DNA of 64,000 bases, taken from Octopus sinensis. Taxonomy: Eukaryota. Below the pieces are notes generated by a model. The model was given only the letters and a program-made list of their open reading frames with translations. It was not told the origin of the DNA and did not search any database. The position numbers were made by a program, and so were the translations under genes. The stretch spans positions 198,958,001-199,022,000 of the forward strand of contig NC_042998.1 in assembly GCF_006345805.1 (NCBI RefSeq), in the 5' to 3' direction. Below, piece by piece: positions 57,783-64,000 of this stretch; positions within the stretch are counted from its first letter, which is position 1; every line of letters begins with the position of its first letter.

Positions 57783-57865
57783 GGTGCTGGTGTTGGTGGT
57801 GGTGGTGGTGCTGGTGGTGGTGCTGGTGATGCTGGGGTGATGATGATGATGATGATGATGATGAC

Positions 57866-57923
<58 letters not shown>

Positions 57924-58053
57924 ATAATAATAAAGATGATGATGATGATGAGGGTGGTGGTGTGGTGGTGGTGGTGGTGGTGGTGGTGGTGGTGGTGATG
58001 ATGATGATGATGATGATGATAATAATAATAATAATAATAATATGATGATGATG

Positions 58054-58110
<57 letters not shown>
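57236..58110. repeat. Phase-preserving trinucleotide mosaic (ATG/ATA/GTG)n
   Basis: Read directly; produces the poly-H/Y and poly-M/I/V ORFs. Confidence 0.95.
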
Positions 58111-58409
58111 GCGATAGCAGAAAGTGAATAAGTATAAAAACCATTTGAATAAGATATATCTACTATCGCGTAAATTCGACATTATAAAGATCAATCTACA
58201 TCGACCTCACCGGCCTCGGAAAACTTCTGAAGGCCAAGGGTATAACCGTATCCCCCACAAGATTGAGTTTTTTTTTTGGGGGGGGGGGGTTCCAGTTTCG
58301 TCATCTGCCTTTTATCAAGCCGTAAATAAAGAATTCCTATTTACTTTGCCTTGTTCAATTCCATTATACAATTATACAAATACTTCCCCCGCCTCTTCTA
58401 CTATTTTAC

Positions 58410-58787
58410 TCCTTTACTTGTTTCAGTCATTTGACTGTGGCCATGCTGGAGCACCGCCTTTAGTCGAACAAATCGACCCCAGGACTTATTCTATGTAAGC
58501 CTAGTACTTATTATATTGGTCACTTTTGCCGAACCGCTAATGGCGGGAACATAATCACACCAGCATCGGTTGTCAAGCGATGTTTGAGGGACAAACACAG
58601 ACACACAAACACACACACACACACACATATATATATACATATATACGACGGGCTTCTTTCAGTTTCCGTCTCCCAAATCCACTCACAAGGCTTTGGTCAG
58701 CCCGAGGCTATAACAGAAGACACTTGCCCAAGGTGCCACTTAGTGGGACTGAACCCGGTATCATGTAGGACTGAACCCTACGCCTAT
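58410..58787 (-). mobile_element. SINE family B with rearranged/truncated head
   Basis: Reverse complement of family B from B-box to tail; duplicated GGGTTCAGTCC at the 5' end. Confidence 0.88.
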
Positions 58788-58838
58788 AAAAGATATGGAA
58801 TGCTTCACGAATTTGCGTGTCATCCTTGCACAGAGGCC

Positions 58839-58871
<33 letters not shown>

Positions 58872-58884
58872 AATATGTACCGCC
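58788..58884 (-). pseudogene. U6: U6 snRNA retrocopy lacking the 5' stem-loop
   Basis: Minus strand ACATATTCTAAAATTGGAACGATACAGAGAAGATTAGCATGGCCTCTGTGCAAGGATGACACGCAAATTCGTGAAGCATTCCATATCTTTT, a few substitutions from canonical U6. Confidence 0.93.
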
Positions 58885-58924
58885 TTTTGATTGTTTTTAT
58901 TTCTATATTTTATATTATGATAAC

Positions 58925-58993
58925 TGGAGGCGCAATGGCCCAGTGGTTAGGGCAGCGAACTCGCGGTCGGTGGATCGCGGTTTCGATTCCCAG
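58925..58993 (+). mobile_element. Isolated tRNA-like head of SINE family A/E
   Basis: Head only; ends just after the B-box. Confidence 0.8.
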
Positions 58994-59349
58994 TCAATTG
59001 TTTACTCTGTACGTCCACTTTGTTGCTGTTTGTTCGTTTGAAGCCCTAACCATCCACAAATTTTATATTTTTGAAAATTTCTGGATACTACTGTCTTATA
59101 AAGTTTTCCTATCTTGTCGTTGAAAGCTCGAAACAGCTAGTAAGAAACAGTCGACAACTGAGGAAGAGTTAGATTTCTTTTGCCATTTTCTCCCGTACTT
59201 GTCTCTCGTTATGTGTTTACGTGTTTTTTGCTTGTTGTTGATGTCCTGTTCTTACTGTGTATTTTTTCTGGTGGGGGGGATATTTTAACCTGTACTTTTC
59301 TCTCGTTTGTTTACGTGTTTCTCGCTCGTTGGTTGTGTCCTGTACTTAA

Positions 59350-59387
<38 letters not shown>

Positions 59388-59575
59388 TTCAGTAAAAATT
59401 TAGGTTCAGTTGAATATGGTACTTGAGTTAAAGGCACCAGAATTTAGTATGGTATTATCCATATAATTCAAAACGGGGTGATTATAATCAAAAAAAATAA
59501 GCAACAAGGATATCCATTACCCCTGGATATCCTTGATGCTTATTTTGATATATATATTATATATCATATATATAT

Positions 59576-59639
<64 letters not shown>

Positions 59640-59753
59640 TATATTATATATATATATATATATAAATGTATATATATAACATACATATATACATACATAC
59701 ATATATACACACCCACACACACCACACACACACACACAACATATATTATATAT

Positions 59754-59790
<37 letters not shown>

Positions 59791-60339
59791 TAATCATATA
59801 TATATAAAGTATAAGTTTATCATTAACTATCGAAAAAGAGTACTCAATAATATGACTGAGATTAATGATATTTTATTTTGGTCAAGTCAGTTTTTAGGCA
59901 CGCTGAGTTTCACCTGTAGGATCTTCAGTCAATTTGCGACCATCAACTTACCTGAAGATCCTGAATGCCTACAAGTGAAACTCAGAGTTGAATGTTTGTG
60001 TATGTGGTTGGAGGGTTGTATCATATATTATATGTGTAGCTATATATTATAATATACTTGTTATATATAATAGAAATATCCTGTTTCCAACAAAACTCTA
60101 AACCTATACTTCAAAATTCATAGAAAATGAAAATACACACATCAGGTAAAGGTGGTACATATACTTCTCTTCCTATATCATTGCAGAATTAACTGAAAAG
60201 AAGGCATAAATCTGAAACAGCACGCAATTGACTCGATAATATCAATGCAGTGGGTTATATGTATTAAATATATCCCAGAGATAAAGGCTTGAATTGTCGT
60301 GAGACGAAGATCAAAGATGTTACATCATTTAAACTGAAA

Positions 60340-62150
60340 GCTAATAGTAGGAAAGTAAAACCCACTTAAGAATGTCACTTGTAGATATTGAGAATATAAT
60401 GAAATGCTCTCAAATAAAATACGACAACAATAAATGCGAAAGCAGACCTGCTCAAATGTTTTCAGTGGTCTGAGAGGAACAAACTGGATTTCCCGAATGT
60501 GCCAGTGTGGACATGGACAAAACACATTGGGACATCTAAGTCGTATGTAGAGTATTCTGTTGGTCGGTAGAATGGTATAGCAAAAGTCGTCCACTTTTAA
60601 AAATCGTCGACCACACAGACCACAAATTTGTGATCTATACATTCGACCTAGGTGAGCTTCATAGGCAGGGACCCGATTACCGGAAGCTGAATGCGTCACT
60701 CCCGGCTTCCAGATTTACAGAGTCCGGATTAGCGAATTAGTTTAGCGCGGTTAATCGTCAACAACAAATTGCAGTTCGCCCTGAAAAGGACGATTAGAGT
60801 AGAATCCATTAAGTTTAGTGTGGTCATAGTCATTGAGAAAAATAGAATAGAGAGACTTAGCCATAAACTTTGAAGAGGCTCTTAAGAAAGGTATCGCAAC
60901 CGACGTGATTGCGGTGAGATTCAATGCATAGCACGAAGAGATAAATGGCGGGATGGAACGTAGGATGGATTTCACTGCCTACCTTGACGACCCGCCGCGA
61001 TTCTAGGCAAAAGAAGTGAAGTGTTGTGAAAAACCAATAACAGCTGCAGAATTACAGGAAGTGATGGTTGGCTGCATGAAGAGCAAATCGCCTGATTTGG
61101 ATGGTCTACCCAGCGTGCTTTAATTTTATATGCCGGACTTGTTTGGAGACCTCTTGGCAGATATCTCCCGCAACTTATAGTAGCACAACAGGAGGATTCC
61201 CAGTTTGCGAGTTGAGGACTGATGTCACTGCTCAGAAAAGACCCAAAATAAGAGGGATCACATTGGTAATTCCCGGCCAATAAGTCTGCTAAACGCAGAA
61301 TTTAAAATTCCAGCCAAGCAAAGGGGTTGGCTCTTGTCATTAAGGGCCTGATAGGAGATGCACAAACATGCGAAATCCGAAACAGATCTATCCACGACAA
61401 TCTTCATTTCATGTGACACCTCAGAGAGGTTGGATAATGAGTCTGGCATGGGTAGTACTCTGATCAATTTAGATCAATCAACTGCTTTTGATATGGTTGA
61501 TCACCAATACTTGGCGGCTGTTCTCACGGTAGTTGATTTCGGACTCGTTTGGCACGGCTAGATTACCGCAATATACAGCAACATCTCGGTATTTTAAGTG
61601 AATGGTCACCTATCAGAACTACTCAGCACCAAGGTTTCCCCCTCTCACTTCTTCCGTATGTAATGACTCTAGAGCCACTCCAGTGGAAACTGGAGACGTT
61701 GAGAGTATCTCGTAGGGCGGGAGGGAACTGAGTTGGCATATGCAGATGACGTCACCGTCATAGTGTCGGATACCAAGCACAAAGACTTGATCGGCGCTAC
61801 TCTAAAGGAATATGAGACAGTGACAAGGGTAAATATCAAACAAAAAAGTCAGTGGGCTTACCGCTTAGCACCTGGAGAGGTAGATCTATGCCACCTAATA
61901 ACATCGTGGGACGCTGAATGGACGAACCTGTTAAATTACTCGAGGTCTAGTTTGATCCAGACCTTTAAATGGGGAAAGACTGAAACGAGATGAAGAGTAG
62001 GGTATCCAATCTCACCGAGAGAAAGCTTTCCCTGAAACTTCGAGTACGGGTGGCCAACGCATACATAGCATCCGTTATATACTACCGCCTGGCCGTTGTG
62101 CCTTGCCTCAGTTCACGTCTGACCAGACTGGAATGCCTATACTTCTATGA
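60340..62150 (+). pseudogene. Tx1/L1-like ORF2 remnant (end of APE domain + RT)
   Basis: DHKFV...GPDYRKLNASL, KSPDLDGLP, LINLDQSTAFDMVDHQYL, QGFPLSLL, AYADDVTVIV; many stops/frameshifts. Confidence 0.88.
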
Positions 62151-62186
62151 GCTTCGGCTTGGTTTTCTGGGATGGCAGTGGCATTA

Positions 62187-62500
62187 TTTTTTTATTGCCT
62201 CTGGCGTTAGACTGTTGTTAGGCATGATACCTCTGCGTTCTGTGGCTAATTTGTTTGCATCAATATAATCACGGGTGTCATCCATTATCATTTCTCTCCA
62301 GATATTGAAACACAGCTCAGCTTTATTACGTCTCGGTTGATTCAGTGCTGCGTAAAATGCTGTCATACTCCTCCTCTCTCGCCCAGCTATTTTTTGCGGT
62401 TCTTTCGACATTAGTTTCATTTGGTATTTGTCTGTAGGTGTCAGTGTTAATTTCGTGGCTCTGATCCCCGTCAAGATCATTTCAGACGAGTTTGTTCCAA
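62187..62500 (-). pseudogene. Probable N-terminal fragment of an R4/Dong-like ORF
   Basis: MTAFYAALNQP..FNIWRE..DYIDANKLATERRGI..NN.LT resembles the N-terminal region of R4-clade ORFs as I recall it. Confidence 0.5.
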
Positions 62501-63064
62501 TTTTCAAATTTTCGACTGCAGGTTGGTTCCCCACTGAAAGGCACATCCCTTGGTGACACGCATGACACACGATGCGGTATAATCCGTTTCTAGTCTTCAT
62601 TTTACAAGAAGAATCTATTTTAACCTTACAGACAAAGAAAGATTTTCGTCACTATTCTTGACAGATTTGCTTCATCAAGCTTGGAGGGAGGCTGTCTACT
62701 CTTGTTTGGATAGGATGTGCTGCGCTGGTCATCAACACACTATTTACAGCCCTGTAGCAGTGGGTAGTAATAACTCTTCCTGGTATTGCATTGCAACAGT
62801 GTTTTGTTATAGGGTCGTGCTTCATTCAGTCTTTTGTCGTACTTGTATTTGTATTGCCTTGTATGTGTATTGCGAGTTGTGTTCTTCAGTTGGGCATCGC
62901 TAGCGACATTAAGAGATGGGTCTGTCTGTTTAGGGTTAACCGTTTGAGAGCTTTATCCATGGGTGCAACTGTCCCTTTCCACTGCTTAAAAAGAAACTAA
63001 AGAAACTTGTTACAGCTTTTGTTAAGGGCATTTAAACACCGTTTATTATTATTATTATTATTAT

Positions 63065-63119
<55 letters not shown>

Positions 63120-63229
63120 GGTGGTGGTGGTGGTGGTGGTGGTGGTGGTGGTAGTAGTAGTAGTGGTGGTGGTGTTGGTGGTGGTGGTGGTGGTGGTGGT
63201 GGTAGTGGTGGTAGTAGTAGTATTAGTAT

Positions 63230-63260
<31 letters not shown>

Positions 63261-63470
63261 TAAGGCGGCGAGCTAGCAGAATCATTAGCGCGCCGGACGA
63301 AATGCTTTCGTCCGTCCTTATTTTCTGAATTTCATATTCCGCTGAGGTCGACTTTGCCTTTCGTCCTTTCGAGATCGATAGAATAAGTACCAGTTGAGCA
63401 CGGGCGGTCGATGTAATTCGGCCAACCCCGTCCCGCAAAGTTTTAGGCCTTGATCCTATAATAGAAAGGT
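63261..63470 (+). mobile_element. SINE family C (old)
   Basis: Head and core motifs, degenerate. Confidence 0.8.
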
Positions 63471-63519
63471 TTATTATTATCATAACCATCGACATTATCA
63501 TAATCAGCAGCAGCAGCAG

Positions 63520-63935
63520 TGGAGGCGCAATGGCCCAGTGGTTAGGGAAGCGGACTTGCGGTCGGAGGATCGTGGTTTCGATTCCCAGACCGGGCGTTGT
63601 GTGAGTTTATTGAGCGAAAACACCTAAAGCTCCACGAGGCTCCGGCAGGGGTTGGTGGCGACCCCTGTTGTACTCTTTCGCTGCAACTTTCTCTCACTCT
63701 TTCTTCCTGCTTCTTGTCCCCGACTTCCTACGCAACCGCTGAGCGTGGATGCGCATTCATCCATCCGTCGATGCTCTCGGTGTCGGGGGGGGGGGGGGTG
63801 ACCTGCTTTCTCTTCTGCGGGTCTTACGAATAGCAAAGGACCACGTTTCGGACTTCTCCCACTCTGGGACGAAGACCGCTAAGCTCAACAGCAACAGCAA
63901 CAGCAGCAGCAGTAGCAACAGCAGCAGCAGCAGCA
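63520..63935 (+). mobile_element. SINE family E inside (CAG)n
   Basis: (CAG)5 before the head; (CAACAG)n/(CAG)n tail. Confidence 0.88.
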
Positions 63936-64000
63936 GCAGCATCGTTGTCATCGTCATCATTATAATCCCCCTTTTTCCTTCCCCCTGGCACCTTCTTCAT

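Noticed and set aside
56707-58194. 495 aa poly-His/Tyr ORF
   Set aside because: Trinucleotide repeat artefact; flanking parts are not protein-like and no splice support is visible
58925-58993. tRNA gene
   Set aside because: Identical to the SINE A/E head; no acceptor stem closure or terminator
59105-59145. Hammerhead-like GCTCGAAACAGCTAGTA
   Set aside because: CUGANGA core absent and stems broken; at most a very old remnant

Overview
AT-rich, repeat-saturated animal genomic DNA, most likely octopus (inferred from the tRNA-derived SINE families and very long TA/CATA/GATA/ATT microsatellites; no database search possible). No intact protein-coding gene can be supported. The window holds decayed non-LTR elements (R4/Dong-like x4, RTE, CR1, Tx1/L1-like ORF1 and ORF2, Penelope GIY-YIG), DNA transposon remnants (mariner, hAT, Helitrons), many copies of a modular SINE network (my labels A-F), five long foldbacks and a ~1.95 kb near-identical tandem duplication. 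Most long ORF-track entries are microsatellite artefacts. Best leads: (1) several hammerhead-ribozyme motifs, including a near-complete type I hammerhead at 4876-4972 and a family with a variant core; (2) a U6 snRNA-SINE chimera at 58.4-58.9 kb; (3) a SINE copy at 14 kb carrying the 3' flank of a sister copy at 29.3 kb (local 3' transduction); (4) head-less SINE multimers with one fixed junction at four loci; (5) microsatellite-targeting retroelements, (TAA)n and (CAG)n.
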